Shown here one piece after another: positions 41,266 to 54,452 of a stretch of 64,000 bases of DNA. Both the position numbers and the translations under genes were made by a program. Under the pieces are notes generated by a model, which saw only the letters and a program-made list of their open reading frames with translations, did not search any database and was not told where the DNA came from. The stretch comes from Octopus sinensis (taxonomy: Eukaryota). How positions within the stretch are numbered: the stretch's first letter is position 1; each line of letters begins with the position of its first letter. The stretch spans positions 71,920,001-71,984,000 of the forward strand of contig NC_043009.1 in NCBI RefSeq assembly GCF_006345805.1, read 5' to 3'.

Positions 41266-41267
41266 CA
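40455..41267 (+). repeat. About 800-bp compound (ATATAC)n/(TA)n/(CA)n satellite
   Basis: Directly visible. Explains all ORFs at 40455-41384. Confidence 0.97.
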
Positions 41268-41476
41268 CTTTATTTAAAGCAGCAGAAAATTCAACAAACC
41301 TGTTACTCTGAGTTTCCCGTTGCTAGCAAGCAAAAACTGTCCGATGAACGGCAACAGGAAACTCAGAGTAACAGGTTTTGTTGAATTTTCTGCTGCTTTA
41401 AATAAAGCATATTACTCTACCACTGGTATTTGAGTACTCTTTTTCCCACCTTGTTTCACATTTATGTGTTTACTCT

Positions 41477-41480
<4 letters not shown>
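41268..41480 (+). mobile_element. Fold-back element with a type I minimal hammerhead-like core (probable Penelope-like element terminus)
   Basis: Arms 41268-41323 and 41351-41407 differ by 1 substitution and 1 indel. CCGATGA(41341)-ACG GCAA CAG-GAAAC-TCAGA-GTA-ACAG. A unique tail runs to about 41480, flanked by (TA)n. Confidence 0.6.
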
Positions 41481-41514
<34 letters not shown>

Positions 41515-41570
41515 CATGTAGATATATACCTACATGTACATATATACATACACATACATATATATATATA

Positions 41571-42378
41571 TGGTCATGTGGCGAGAATGGATGAAGATAG
41601 TTGTGTGAAAAAGTGCCACACCCTAGCGGTTGAGGGAACCTGTGGAAGAGGCAGACCCAGGAAAACCTGGGACGAGGTGGTGAAGCACGACCTTCGAACT
41701 TTAGGTCTCACTGAGGAAATGACTAGAGACCGAGACCTCTGGAAGTGTGCTGTGCGCGAGAAGACCCGGCAGGACAAGTGAGTCCACAACCCGTGGCCTT
41801 CTACATGGGATGGAGCCAGCCTACGTATGCATACCTTCCCTTCTTGGGACACAAAACTCTACTTGTGAAGACGTGTTGAGGCAAGTGAGGATCAGAATCG
41901 AAATCGATCAATGGAAATTGCGGATGTGCTACCAGTGCTGGTGGCATGTCGAAACTCTGCTTGTGAAGACCCATTGAGGCAAGTGAGGATCAGAATCGAA
42001 ATCGATCAATGGAAATTGCAGATGTGTTACCAGTGCCGGTGGCATGTAAGAGAACTTCCGTTTCGCGACCGTTGCCAGCACCGCCCCGTTTCGTGTCCGT
42101 TGCCAGCCTCGCCTGGCCCTCGTGCCGGTGGCACATAAAAAGCACCATCCGTTCGTGGCCGTTTGCCAGCTCTGTCTGGCACCAGTGCGGGTGGCACGTA
42201 AAAAGCACCCACTACACTCACGGAGTGGTTGGCGTTAGGAAGGGCATCCAGCCGTAGAAACACTGCCAGATTTGACTGGGCCTGATGAAGCCTTCTGGCT
42301 TCACAGACCCCAGTAGAACCGTCCAACCCATGCTAGCATGGAAAACGGACGCTAAATGATGATGATGATGATGATGAT
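41571..42378 (+). mobile_element. 5'-truncated RTE LINE: ORF C-terminus plus long 3' region ending in (GAT)n
   Basis: YGHVARMDEDSCVKKCHTLAVEGTCGRGRPRKTWDEVVKHDLRTLGLTEEMTRDRDLWKCAVREKTRQDK*, followed by the abundant ...gtggttggcgttaggaagggcatccagc...gctaaatgatgatgat repeat. Confidence 0.88.
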
Positions 42379-42476
42379 ATATATATACATACACATAAAT
42401 ATATATACATGCATATACAGACATATACACCCATACACATGCACACACACACATATACATGCACACACACACAGAG

Positions 42477-42509
<33 letters not shown>

Positions 42510-45500
42510 CACATACATACATACACATATGCATGTATGTACGTACCTACATACATATGTATGTATGTATGTATCTATCTATCTATCTATACGCAGAGAA
42601 AATGAAATACAACCAATGTGTTGTGCATTTTGCTTATCAAGTCTGTAAAATAAGTTGGGTGAAAAATACTCTTCACCAAAAAAGTAAAGAAAAACTAAAA
42701 AAATGTAAGGTTTCTTCATCAGGCAGATGAGGAATTATCTAACAATTTTGGAGGCAGGGCAGAATTGGAATGCTGAGTACCGCTACCACAAACATCATAA
42801 CCACATTACGCTTCTAAAATTACCACCAAGCCCACCATCATCAACCCTATACATGTCATATCATACACCACACAACAACCACCACCCTCATACTCATTAA
42901 GTCATAGCAACACTGGAGTTTCTATGAGATTTCCCATCTGCTAGAAAGAGCAACTAAACCTCCATCAAATCACCCTCTACCATCTTAATAAAGAAAGGAA
43001 AAGCCTGGACTATGCCAGAATAAAAGATGGGATGGTCAGCAGTGAGCCTTAAATCTACTCATTCACAGCTGAGTTTTAACTGAACAACAACAAACTCTGC
43101 AGCTAAATACTTCTCCCTCTACTTTCTGGACCTTTTTAAGGTACCAAAATAATAGAAGTGTTGTAGGTGGTGTAGTAGTGGTGTGGGGGTTTGTAGTGAT
43201 AATTGTATGAGTAGTCGTGGTAGAGGTAGTTGCCTTAGGGGTGGTTGTGCTGCTAATAATAGTGAAGGTTGTGAAGGCATCAACCAACACACCTGAATTC
43301 AGAAAAAAACTCTCCCCACTTGTCTCACGTGGAATGTTTTTGAAGAAAGCAAACACAACAATGTTAGGTGGTTACAGGAGCAGCAGAAACCCTAGGAGTA
43401 TACTGAGTCTTCTGCAACACAAATAGCAGATATTTCTGTTGAAACAGCCCAGAAAGGGATATGAGTGGGATTTCGAATAATTAAGCATGAGATTGGGGTA
43501 TGGTAGGGACTGTTTTTCAGAGAAACATGGTACTATGGGAAACAAATGTGTACATAGACATGCACACACGTGCATATCAATGCACACATATTTGCATGCA
43601 TGCAAATATGCACTCCTTTACATATTTAGAAACACACAAAGATTCATGTGTACAGAACAAAGTAATAATTTTCAGTCTCAAAGACATATCAGCTGATGTT
43701 GAACACTATAACTGTATCCAAGTAACTACACGTACTCACTCCAAATAGTGCTCTTGTACCAAAGTTAACAATCATGTTTATTGTAGTTGTTGTTGTTATT
43801 ATTTTGATATTTTAAGAACAGATCAGGCCAGGATATTACATCCTTCTGTACTCTACAAAATAAGTGCCAGTCAAGTTGTGCAGTAAAATTTAAATGCTCT
43901 CTCCTCCTGAACGCTTGGGACTCTCTTTGCCATTATAACATCCACCCCTGTCGACAGCCATTACAGTATCGAAACAAATAATTATTAATATTTAAATGAT
44001 TGTGATCAATAAAAACTCTGAAATCTAAATTAATTAAAAATTGAACGCAGCAAGTAATGCTGACTGAGTCTTATATTTGGCAAGTACAGTGGTTGTTCTG
44101 GACATGTTTCTGTGCTATTAAATCTCTTCAATGAAGTACAAATGTATGAATTCTTGCTGGTCCTTAAGATTACCAAGAGCTATAAAGAATCTGAGTGAAT
44201 AAATATTGACAGGCTAACAAATTATCTAGAGACACTCAACCACGTTTTCTCTCAGATCTGTACTAAAATGGTGAAGTTGAAAAGCTGTTTTGTTAATAAT
44301 TGATCAGTAACTCAGTTACATAGAATGAAACAAACATTTAAGTAGAATCCCATAAGCAGAACAGCAAGAGGAGAGAGAGACAGACAGACAGGAATAGTTA
44401 CTGGAGCATAAATGGGTATAGACAATATTTTGTAACTTGAGATTTCAATACATATTTCAGAATGCATCACAGAATAAATCAGTGGTATGCTTCATTTCAA
44501 GATGGTATAATAAATAATTGGATTCTTCAGGCAAACAGTTTTTCTCTTACTCGCAGAATTCATGCTAAGCTCTTTTCCAATCCTTCCTTCCATGACTATC
44601 AACCATCTGGAATTCCTTTCCAGTCTTTTTTTTTTTTTATAAACCCTGACTTAAAAGATCTGTGTGACTGTTACTATCACAAGTTTTCCTAATGTTAAGT
44701 TGAAGTGAGGCAAATCTGCTCTTGGACAGGAATCTGGTCAACTGCAGGCCTATTTTCTTACAGATGGAACAGAATTCCACAGTGCTGCCACTATTTACGG
44801 CAATGAGTTCTACAACTCATTTTTACTTGTTTGTACTCATTCAGCAGCTGTGTTTCCTCAGCGAATGTCTTGGACGGTAATTACTCAGCTGGTTATTTAT
44901 CTCTCTTGACTCAGACATTTGTGTTCTTGACAGAATAATTTTATGTAATACTTATGTCTATATAGAAGTGACAGCAGCATCATCAGGAGTGGCTGCCATG
45001 GCCACGGTTACTTAATTCTTGTTGTTACTGCATGCATAAACAACAGCATTGTTGGATGTGAGCTCAAGGATGGATCCAACAGACCAATCAATAGTTCAGG
45101 GTGATGCACAGAAATGTTAACTTGGAAAGATAAGGATGAGCTCTGATGCACCAACCTTGGTCCTTTCTCATCAAATTTACAATTAAATTTATAGAATTAC
45201 TACGATTAGTCTTACATGCAAATGTGATTAAAAGAAGGTCAAAGAACTTATGCACACCAATTTCACAGAAAACAGCACCAAGTTAAGCATGCGGAAGAGG
45301 CTGCACATGTATATGCAAAGTGCACGAGGAGGAGAACTCTCACTTAAGTCAACTTAACCTTTTGTCCTTATGGAGTAGATTAACTAAGGCATGCAGTAGA
45401 GATGAACTTAGGCATGTAGAATAAAGTGTACAATTCAGATATTCAACAAAATGCCCATAGCAGAGCTGACTTCAAAACTCTTTCAGTTGGATTTCTAATA

Positions 45501-47059
45501 ACAATTATTCCAGGACAAATGAGCCAAGGGAACCTCTACATTAAGAATGTGAAAAGTTTCACCTGCAAGAGTGAAATTTTGTTCACATTCAATTTTGAAA
45601 CTGTCCACTGATGAAGACTCTCAAAACACATGGAAAATGCTTATAAGTCTTAAGCCATAAATAGTAAGTTAATGCAGCTAAGATGCACTGAAGCAAGAGG
45701 GATTGTAATCCCAATAGCACAATAGTCTAAGACCTGGAAGTTAGATATGAGCAATGATGCATCATTTCATGTGCATATCACTAAGAAAGTAACGATATAT
45801 AGACAACTGGCCTGATGGATTGGGAACCTACAGAACAAAAGGCCAGGAAACCGTGGGGGGACCAGGAGAATATTTAAGCTTATGAATAAGAACCAGAACA
45901 TTGTGTGCTAAAAAGCAACTTGAAAATATCTTCAAAAGACACCCCAGCTCACACAATGCTGCTTCAAAGAAGTGAAAAACAGCACTATTGTGTAAAATGT
46001 ATGGTTTACATGGTAGCCACTCAATATGTTAAAAATAAAACTAATGTGAACAATACAATTTACATGACAAACATTCTAGGCTATCAACACAATAAAAACC
46101 TTTATAACATACAAAATCAACAACGAAAAAGCAACACAAAAATAAATGACAAGCTGACTATATGCCAAATAAACCATAACACAATCACTAACAGCAACAA
46201 CAACTAACCACAATGACCTGCTCTTCCAGTTTATTTATTTTCCTAACAATATAGAAGAAGAAAGCCAGTAGCCCTGACTCTTCTCAAGGCCTCCAAATCT
46301 TGTATGAGGAGGGAGGAAATTCACAGACAGGAGATCTAACCCAAATGAAGGAAACAGGATGGACTCTGTTAAAAGCACTGCGGGGCCAAGTGGTGGTGAA
46401 GTGTGTGTGTGGGGGGGGGGGCAGTTAAGCTGGGTGATAGATTACCATTTAAGAGTAGGTAAGCTCTTTCTGACAGGCTTCCAAACAGTTTCCATTTACT
46501 ACATTTCATGTACAAGATTATTCGTTTACTCAAAGTTATGGTTAAAAAAATACTTGGTCAAGGATCTATGCAGTGAGATCAAACCAAAAAGCCCATGAAG
46601 TTATGAAGCAACTGCCATTTTATATCCCTGATTTGGGAAAAGGAAAGACAAAATTGATTTTGTTGGGATTTGAACTCAGAATATAAAGAAACCAAAACAA
46701 AATGCTGCAAAGCATATCAATAATAATGATAATCCTTTCTACTAAGGGCACAAGGCCTGAAATTTGGGGGGAGGAGACTAGTCTATTACATTGACCTCAG
46801 TATTTCACTGGTACTTATGTTATCAACCCCGAAAGGATGAAAAGCAAAGTCAACCTTGGCAGAATTTGAACTCAGAACCTAAACACAAACAAAATACTGC
46901 AAAGCATTTTGCCCAGCATGCTATCAATAATAATAATAATTCCTAATATAAACAAAGAGGCACTCCTTTCAGTGAATGCTTGTAGCTAATTATGCATGTA
47001 CAAGGAGCATTGTATTGTGCTCCTTGTATATATTAGAAAGGTTAAAATGAATTGTGGCC

Positions 47060-47900
47060 GTTGTAGCGCTGCACCAGGCTCCAGTCAGATTTGGTTTGGC
47101 TTCTACAGCTGGATGCCCTTCCTTATGACAACCTCTTTACAATGTGTGTTGGGGGCTTTTATCATGCTTCTGGCATGACTGCACTCACATAACACCAGCA
47201 TAAGTGCACAGTATGTGGCACTGGCATGAGTGCTTATTACATGGCACCAGCACAGCACTCTTGCAAGCCAATCCTTCCACCAGTGGGTGTGGGGCCTTAA
47301 CACTTCTGCTGTGGAGGGCGGGTCTTCTTGAGTACAGAAAGGTGCCAAGTATCTTGGTCCTTTCTCATCTCATCTGAAAGGTTCAGCATTCTGAGGTTGT
47401 CCTTCAGTATTTCCTCTCATAACTTCCTGGGTCTCCCATTTCCATGAGTCCCATCTACTTTGAGAGATCAGTACTTCTTTATGGACCTGTTGGCATCAAT
47501 CTGCATTACATGACCAAACCAGCACAGTCTCCTCTCATGCACACTGCATCTAATTCCTCTTATGCCTAGCTTCTCTCTCAATACACACACCCGCACTCAG
47601 TCGAACATGTACACTTACATTACACATCCAGCAGAGCATACTAGCCTCATTCCTCTCTAGCCCTTGCACTTCGGGCCCACGTCTCACTAACATGTAGAAT
47701 TGCTGTTTATATGCATACATCATATAATCTTCCTTTCAGTTGGTGAGTGAAACCTTTCATAGCCAACAGAAGTAAAAGCTCTCTTGAATTTTCTCCACCC
47801 TATTCTTATTCTAGCTAGTACACTCCCCATACATTCTCCCCCACTACAAATTCAGTCCCCTTGGTAGCAGAAATTATTCACTCCCACTAAAGAGGAGCAT
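47060..47900 (-). mobile_element. Decayed RTE LINE 3' fragment
   Basis: Minus frames ARIRIGWRKF...LREKLGIRGIRCSVHERRLCWFGHV...GRPRK...DNLRMLNL, followed by the same 3' repeat block. Confidence 0.8.
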
Positions 47901-49495
47901 TTGAGAAAATCGATTTCCCAAGTATTTGCAGTTTTTATGGCTCCTGGCATCTTCCACATATGAACACGTCTTTCTCTGATAGACTTGCCAATCTTCTACC
48001 AGTTGATGAGAAACTATTAACTGTTTCCCATATAACTAAATCAAAAATAAATTGGAAATAATCAAATTGAACAGTTTATGTTTGGAAAAGTCATAACTGC
48101 TTTTCAAATTCATCATCTTAAGGTTGATATAGATAAAATACAAGGTTATACAAGGTGTAGAGGCTTAGTGGTTAGGGTATTGCACTCCTGATCACAAGAT
48201 TGCAGTTTCAATTCCTGGACCAGGCAAGGTTTCATGTTCTTGAGCAAAACACTCCATATCATGTTGCTCCAGTTCACTCAAAGATGAGTAATCTTGCAAC
48301 AGACCAGAACCCCATCCAACGAGGGAGCATATAGACTGTAAAATCTGGGAAACTAGCCTTATGAACCTTTTTTATATATATTATAAGGTGGAAGGGATCT
48401 GATAGAGTATCCTCAATAGCATAAGAGACTAATCACACTGGGCTGAGAAAAATATCAGAAAAGAAAACAACTTTATTGTTGTAGTTGTTGCTTAGTTCGA
48501 TCGAGCAGAACTATGATCAATGGTGACCCAGTTGTGATCACCATTTTACTTTTACAGTAAATGTCTATCTACGACAACATTATCCAATGTCTTCTTCCTT
48601 TCTTTAAGACAGCAGGATATGATATGAAGAAGATTTAGTTGCTATTTTCCCCAGCTTGTTTGTTATTATTTGGTTTAGCTGCGTAATAATGGCATTATGG
48701 AAAGTGTGTCAAAGATAATATCAGCTGTGAATTTACAGACAGACCCTGTAAGTGGTGTAGCATTGTAGAGAATGGAATATTGGAATATGGCTAAAGACTA
48801 GTACTTTATCTTTCATTGATTAACAATTCTTCTTTGAAAAGGAACATCAATAGTCTTAAATACACATCAATACACCTACCAAGTAATTCTAAGACCTTAT
48901 CAGTTTCGATAGAAGGAAAACAACATTAAAATCTATGAACAAAAAGGAAAACAAAAAACCCTAAAACTGATTCCTTAAAATATTTCCTTGACCATTTCAA
49001 TGAACATTTACTTATTTTCAGATAAAGTTTTCTTGCAGAAATTGTCATGTTTTTATAAATTTTATTTTTCTATTCTATTTTTTGATTTTATCATGTTTTC
49101 TCTTGTTAATTGTTTGTTCTACTCTGGTTTTTAGCAATTTTTCTTTCCCTTCTTTTCATTCTGGAATGGCCTTTCATGGCTCATTATTGGTTCAGAATGA
49201 CCATTCTACAACATTATCAGAAAAATTTGTTACATCAAAAATTATTTCTACCGTTTATATATATATATAAATATAAATATTTTACAATTTGATTTTTTTT
49301 TTCTCCCATTTTCACCCTCTCCTACTGATTTTTATTTTTTCAAAAAGAAAATACAATGTAAATAAAAATGAATACGAAAAGCTGAATCAAATACCTATTC
49401 TGTGCTGTTAATTTGCAGTTAACTGCCATATTTGAACTGATAATGCAAACTTTTTTGGCAAACAACAAGTAACAATGTGTAATAATAACAATGAT

Positions 49496-49824
49496 AACAA
49501 GAGTACTCGGAGAGCACAAACCTCAGCCAAGGCAACACCAATGTCCTCTCAATGATTAGCCAGAGATGATTTTTAAAATGAAAATATCTGAAATAAACTC
49601 GACTGTTCTCACAAATGAGAATAATAAAAATTAACCTGACCACTCTCAAAAATGAAGTATAAAAAACAGAAAAATAATGTAGAATCCTTGTCTGGTACCA
49701 GTTGAGGCCAAACATCCCTGAAAGTTTCATATGAATCCATCCAGCGGTTCTTAAGATATCTTGCCCATGGGCAAACAAACATGACTGAAAACAATATCTT
49801 CACCTTCACTAAGGTGGAGGTAAT
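49496..49824. mobile_element. Helentron-associated (HINE/DINE-1-like) non-autonomous element
   Basis: Sub-terminal motif AACCTCAGCCAAGG near one end. Hairpin ACCTTCAC-TAAG-GTGGAGGT at the other end, related to it. Sits in a (GATAAT)-like context with no TSD. Confidence 0.6.
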
Positions 49825-50122
49825 GATAATGATCATTTCAAAGTTTGACACAAAGCCAGCAATGTTAGAAGGATGAGAGCGGTTGATTATATCTACCCAG
49901 TACTTGACTGGTACTTTATCCATCTGCATAAATTTAAAACAATGTCAAAACCTATGTCACTGATTATAGAAGCAAGTGATAAGCTAATAAAGGAGTCTCC
50001 ATGTGGACACTTCACCTGCTAGATATAACAAATGAATCATCTTTAAAGTAAGAAAACAGGTATGGACATAATATGGATAGAATAGTATGAGATGAAATGG
50101 TCATGGTTGCAATGCCTTTTAA

Positions 50123-50343
50123 CCCTTTAGCATTTAAACCGGCCATATCCGGCCAAAAGTATTCTGCTTGTTTTATGCTCAAACTGGCCATATCTGGTCT
50201 CTCACACCAACCCTACAATATCGTTTTAAAAATCAACAGCTACCTCATCAAATTTTCATAGCTACAAGATAATGCATGATTAGTTCAAAACAAAGTGGAT
50301 GAAAAAGCATTAACTTTGGCAGAATAATGCGAACACCAAAGGG
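50123..50343. mobile_element. piggyBac-like MITE (221 bp)
   Basis: TTAA|CCCTTT...AAAGGG|TTAA. Related copies at 53212-53431 and a partial copy at about 7200-7345. Confidence 0.8.
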
Positions 50344-53211
50344 TTAATCATAATTCTGCTTGAAAGCAACTGATATGGAGCTCAACAACAGCATACAGGC
50401 AATCTAAACAGACAAAATGAAGGCAGCTAGCTAACAAAATAGTGTTAGAAAAAATTCCTTATGGTTATTTCTAATGGGTCTTTATGCTCCAAATTCAAAT
50501 CCCATTGAGGTTAGCTTTGCCTTTCATCTTTGAAGGGTTGGTAAAAGTACCAGTCAAGCATTGGGGGTTGATGTTATCAATTAAGCCCCACTTCAAGAAC
50601 TGATGGCATTATTACAAGAGTAAGTGTTGCTTCACATCTACAACATTTTAAACTCCAATGAAGTTTTTAAGAGTTCGTTTTATGAAGTGAAAACAAATGA
50701 GACTTAAGTTTTCTCTTGGGTAGGACACTAATTTATTGCAGGCAATATTCTAAATGCTCCAGCAGTTGGTACTTGTTGTTCTTGGTAGCAAAACTGAGGC
50801 AATGCAGGGTAAGATATGATAAAGCAAAGAAATGCTAACAGAGGAATTCTTTTTTAAAAAATCATTTTAAAAGTCATTGAAGGGAAACAGGGGCAGTACC
50901 CTCAAACTAGCTGGTGCCATCCTAAACATCTGTGGGTCAATGACTACATAAAAAAAAATTGTGGAGGAAGAAATTGCATGAGTATCTAGTCAGGTCACTT
51001 TGTAAGAGAGTGGACTCAATTATTTATTATTAAGGACACCCTGGGGCCAGATGGTGCTCAGAATCTAATCAACTAGACCAATATCTGTCAATTCAGTCAT
51101 TTCATTTCCAGTAACATTTAATAACAAAAGCTTGAGTGTGTCACAAACTTCTGTTTATCTTGCTCTATAATTTTAAAGGTTTTTTTTGTGCTTATATAAA
51201 ACCACCAATATCACCACCATCACAAGCTGTCTACAACAAGAATATTATTATTACAAGAGTGTTTCTTAGGTTTTATAGCAGTGAAAAATGTTAAAAAACG
51301 AAATGGAAACTACTTGCTGTATGAAAATAAGACTTATAGACACACACAAGCACATGTGCTCCGTTATGTACAAACACGCATGCACACATACACATACAAA
51401 CTGGCAAGTCTCAAAATAAAAACAAATTCCTAAACCAACAACCATATTCCCTATGGTATTCATTAAAGTTTTCTGAATTATAATTAACAGGTAAGGGTAG
51501 AGGATGAGGAGCAAGGGGGCTCATGTAGTAACAGTGGTACAGTGATGGTAATAGTGGTAGTTATGGTAATAGTGGTAATGGTGGTGCATGTAGTAGTAAC
51601 AGTGGTAGTATTTGTAAGGGTAGTGGTGTTGGTGGGAGTAGTAATAGTAGTATAGTAATGGTGGTAATAGTTGTGGTGGCAGTACAAAAATGGGGGAGAA
51701 AGTGAAGGCGCTAACATGACTTGGCCCAGAGGGTGATGAAAGAGGTGTTGGGGTGGGCAGTTAAGTATATTTGGAAGGGTAGCAAGATGGAGGATGGCGA
51801 CAAAGAATTTGGTAATGCTGTAAAGACAGTTCTCTTCCCCTTCTCTTGCTGCTTGGAATGTAGATTCCTTCCACAACAATATCAAGATTCCCATTGGATT
51901 CAAATTCTATACTTGGAATGTTCAACATTGCTGTAAACCAGTATGGACTGGAATTTAAACAAACAAGATGTTCAGAACAGCGCCAAGGTTAATGAACCTT
52001 GTGAGAATATGTATGTGTAAGAATATGTTATACAAACACATATACACAGACAAATCATATACACATATAGGCATATACAAATACCTCTAAAAATTTTAGT
52101 TTCTTGCACACATGCACAAGCCTATATAAATACCTGTGTGCATAGAGGTGTATATGCATGTGTATATAGACTTTTTAATGTTAAAGACACACACACAAAA
52201 AAAGAAAAATACACAAATAAAATGTTTTTCAACAAAAACAAATTTGCTGTTGGAAAAATAATTTTAAAATTCACAGAAATCGATGTGTGTGTGAGGATGC
52301 AGACAGAATGCTTTAGATGATCACTTCATTATTAAAAATTGAAAGCTTGATGCTACAATGTGGAAACTTGAGCAATTATCTTTTGCCATGGCCTTGAGTG
52401 AATCCAAACCTTGTAAGTAACAATGGGGTGGGGGGTGGAAACCGTGTGGAAGCCTGCTAGAGAGATAGTAGTTCTAATTGAAAGAACCAGCCTTGTCGCA
52501 TTGAAGGATTATACATTAAGGATATACATGTCTGTTGAATATTCATTCGCTCTACTCTGTAATTAAATGGTAGTTCAGTTGATAAAACAACAGGAATACT
52601 CATCAGGAAAGCTGGCAGACGATCAACTTTCTAATTGTTTTTTTACTAGGTTTATGAATATTAGTGAAGATATGAGTATGAATAGAAACAACATGGCTGG
52701 ATTGACTGAATATTAGACAACCAGCCTGCTTAGCAGTCATCAGTTCAAATCCGCTGCAAGTGTTTTGTTGGGTTTCTGGCCAGAGCACTTTAACGCTATT
52801 TTATCTCTGGTCATTGCATAAAAACAGGAATCACATCAATCTGGTTCCTTTTCAAACCAGAGCCGACCAACAGTGAATAGATGCCACATTAATTTCTTAA
52901 TAATTAGAGTCTTTTCACGAGTACACCTAGCTATCAATAGAGAAAAAGTATTAAATTACTCTGTCCCCATTCTTCCATCAGACCACAGTCTGCCAAGTAG
53001 TCAAGTTTTCTCTCATATGAAGGAAAGATTTGGCAGACAACGATGACCAGTGTTTGATCACATATCTCTTCTGATCAAATATTTCTGACCATAACCACCT
53101 TGTTTTTATTTCATACAATATATCTAGAAGGTCACTCAATATGGCAGCCACATTTTTCTAATAGTTTAAATGAACACTAAAAGGCTCCCTTACTGAGTAG
53201 TTAACGTTTAA

Positions 53212-53431
53212 CTCTTTAGCATTTAAACTGACCATATCAGGCCCAAATGTTCTTCCTGTTTTATGTCTATCCCAACCAGATCTGGCCCCTCACACTTACC
53301 CTGTAATGTCATTCTAAAAATAAACAGTCACATCATTGAAATCTCAACGCTACAAGATAATGCATGATTAAAACAAAACAATGCGAATAATCAAGCATTA
53401 GATTTGACAGAATATTCTGAATGTAAAAGGG
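53212..53431. mobile_element. piggyBac-like MITE (220 bp), same family as 50123-50343
   Basis: TTAA|CTCTTTAGCATTTAAAC...AAAAGGG|TCAA, with internal similarity along its length. Confidence 0.75.
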
Positions 53432-53985
53432 TCAAAGTCGGGTAAGGAACAATCAGTTAATGTATGGAGGCTTTTATTATTTAGAACTTATTAGAGAATG
53501 CTTTAACATGAGTTAACTCAACACACGAACTGGGCAAAAATACGATATTGATGTCACAGCTATTTCATGTAAATAAGTTTAGTGATCGCCAGAAAAGGAC
53601 AGTTAATGATTACAGACATGATGGTGGTGTTGTTATGTCTGTCCAATTGTGGAGTTTAATCCTACTTAATGTGCTGGCGCCATGTAAAAAGCACCCATGC
53701 CATGCAACATGAAGAGCACCAATGCTAGCATCACATAAAAGCACCAGAACCAGCACCATGTAGAAAGAACCGTGTTCACTCTGCAAAGTGGTTGGTGTTA
53801 GGAAGAGCATCCAGCCAAAACATAAAACCATGCCAAAACAAGCGACAGGCTTTGTGCCACCCTCCAGTTTGCTCTTGTTTGGCATCCGACCCATACCATC
53901 AGGGGAAGTGATGTAAGTGGTTCAGAAAATTACAGGAATTGAACATTTGTTGAAAGAGATTGTTTATGATAATAAAATGTGTAAT

Positions 53986-54297
53986 GATTATTATTATTAT
54001 TGAAACAAAGCGCAGGTTGGGTCTTATTCCTGGTAGGATTTATGTGGGTAATGGGTTACTACCTGTAAGCAGTCCTTCAAGTGCTTAGAACCCTCCTGAT
54101 AATCCTTGCTGTCCCTAAGAAACAAACTCTCTGTAGGAGCTCTACCAACCATTCTATTCCAATCTCCTTCAGCCATTTGTCTATATCTTGGTTTACTCTT
54201 CCCAATGCACCAATTATTATAGGCATGACTTTTACTGTTCAAATGCTCTAAATTCTTCCTATTTCAAATTTTAAGGGATTGTATTGTTTTTCTTCCC
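53986..54297 (-). mobile_element. 3' fragment of a Dong/R4-like (restriction-like endonuclease) non-LTR retrotransposon with (TAA)n tail
   Basis: Minus frame ...EIGRI*SI*TVKVMPIIIGALGRVNQDIDKWLKEIGIEWLVELLQRVCFLGTARIIRRVLST*, then a short 3' UTR ending in (TAA)n. Confidence 0.75.
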
Positions 54298-54420
54298 CCT
54301 TTTTTTTTTTTTTTTACATTACTATTATTGTCTAGGTACCTGTGAAACACTGGGGTCAAAGCAATCAACTAGTCCCTGCCACCACCAATTTTAGGCCTTG
54401 TGCCCTTTGTAGAAAAGATG

Positions 54421-54452
<32 letters not shown>

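Noticed and set aside
40455-41384. Many 60-244 aa Ile/Tyr/His ORFs
   Set aside because: Compound ATATAC/TA satellite.
42705-42730. Minus-strand CTGATGAAGAAAC hammerhead-like string
   Set aside because: No room for stem II and no stem I partner.
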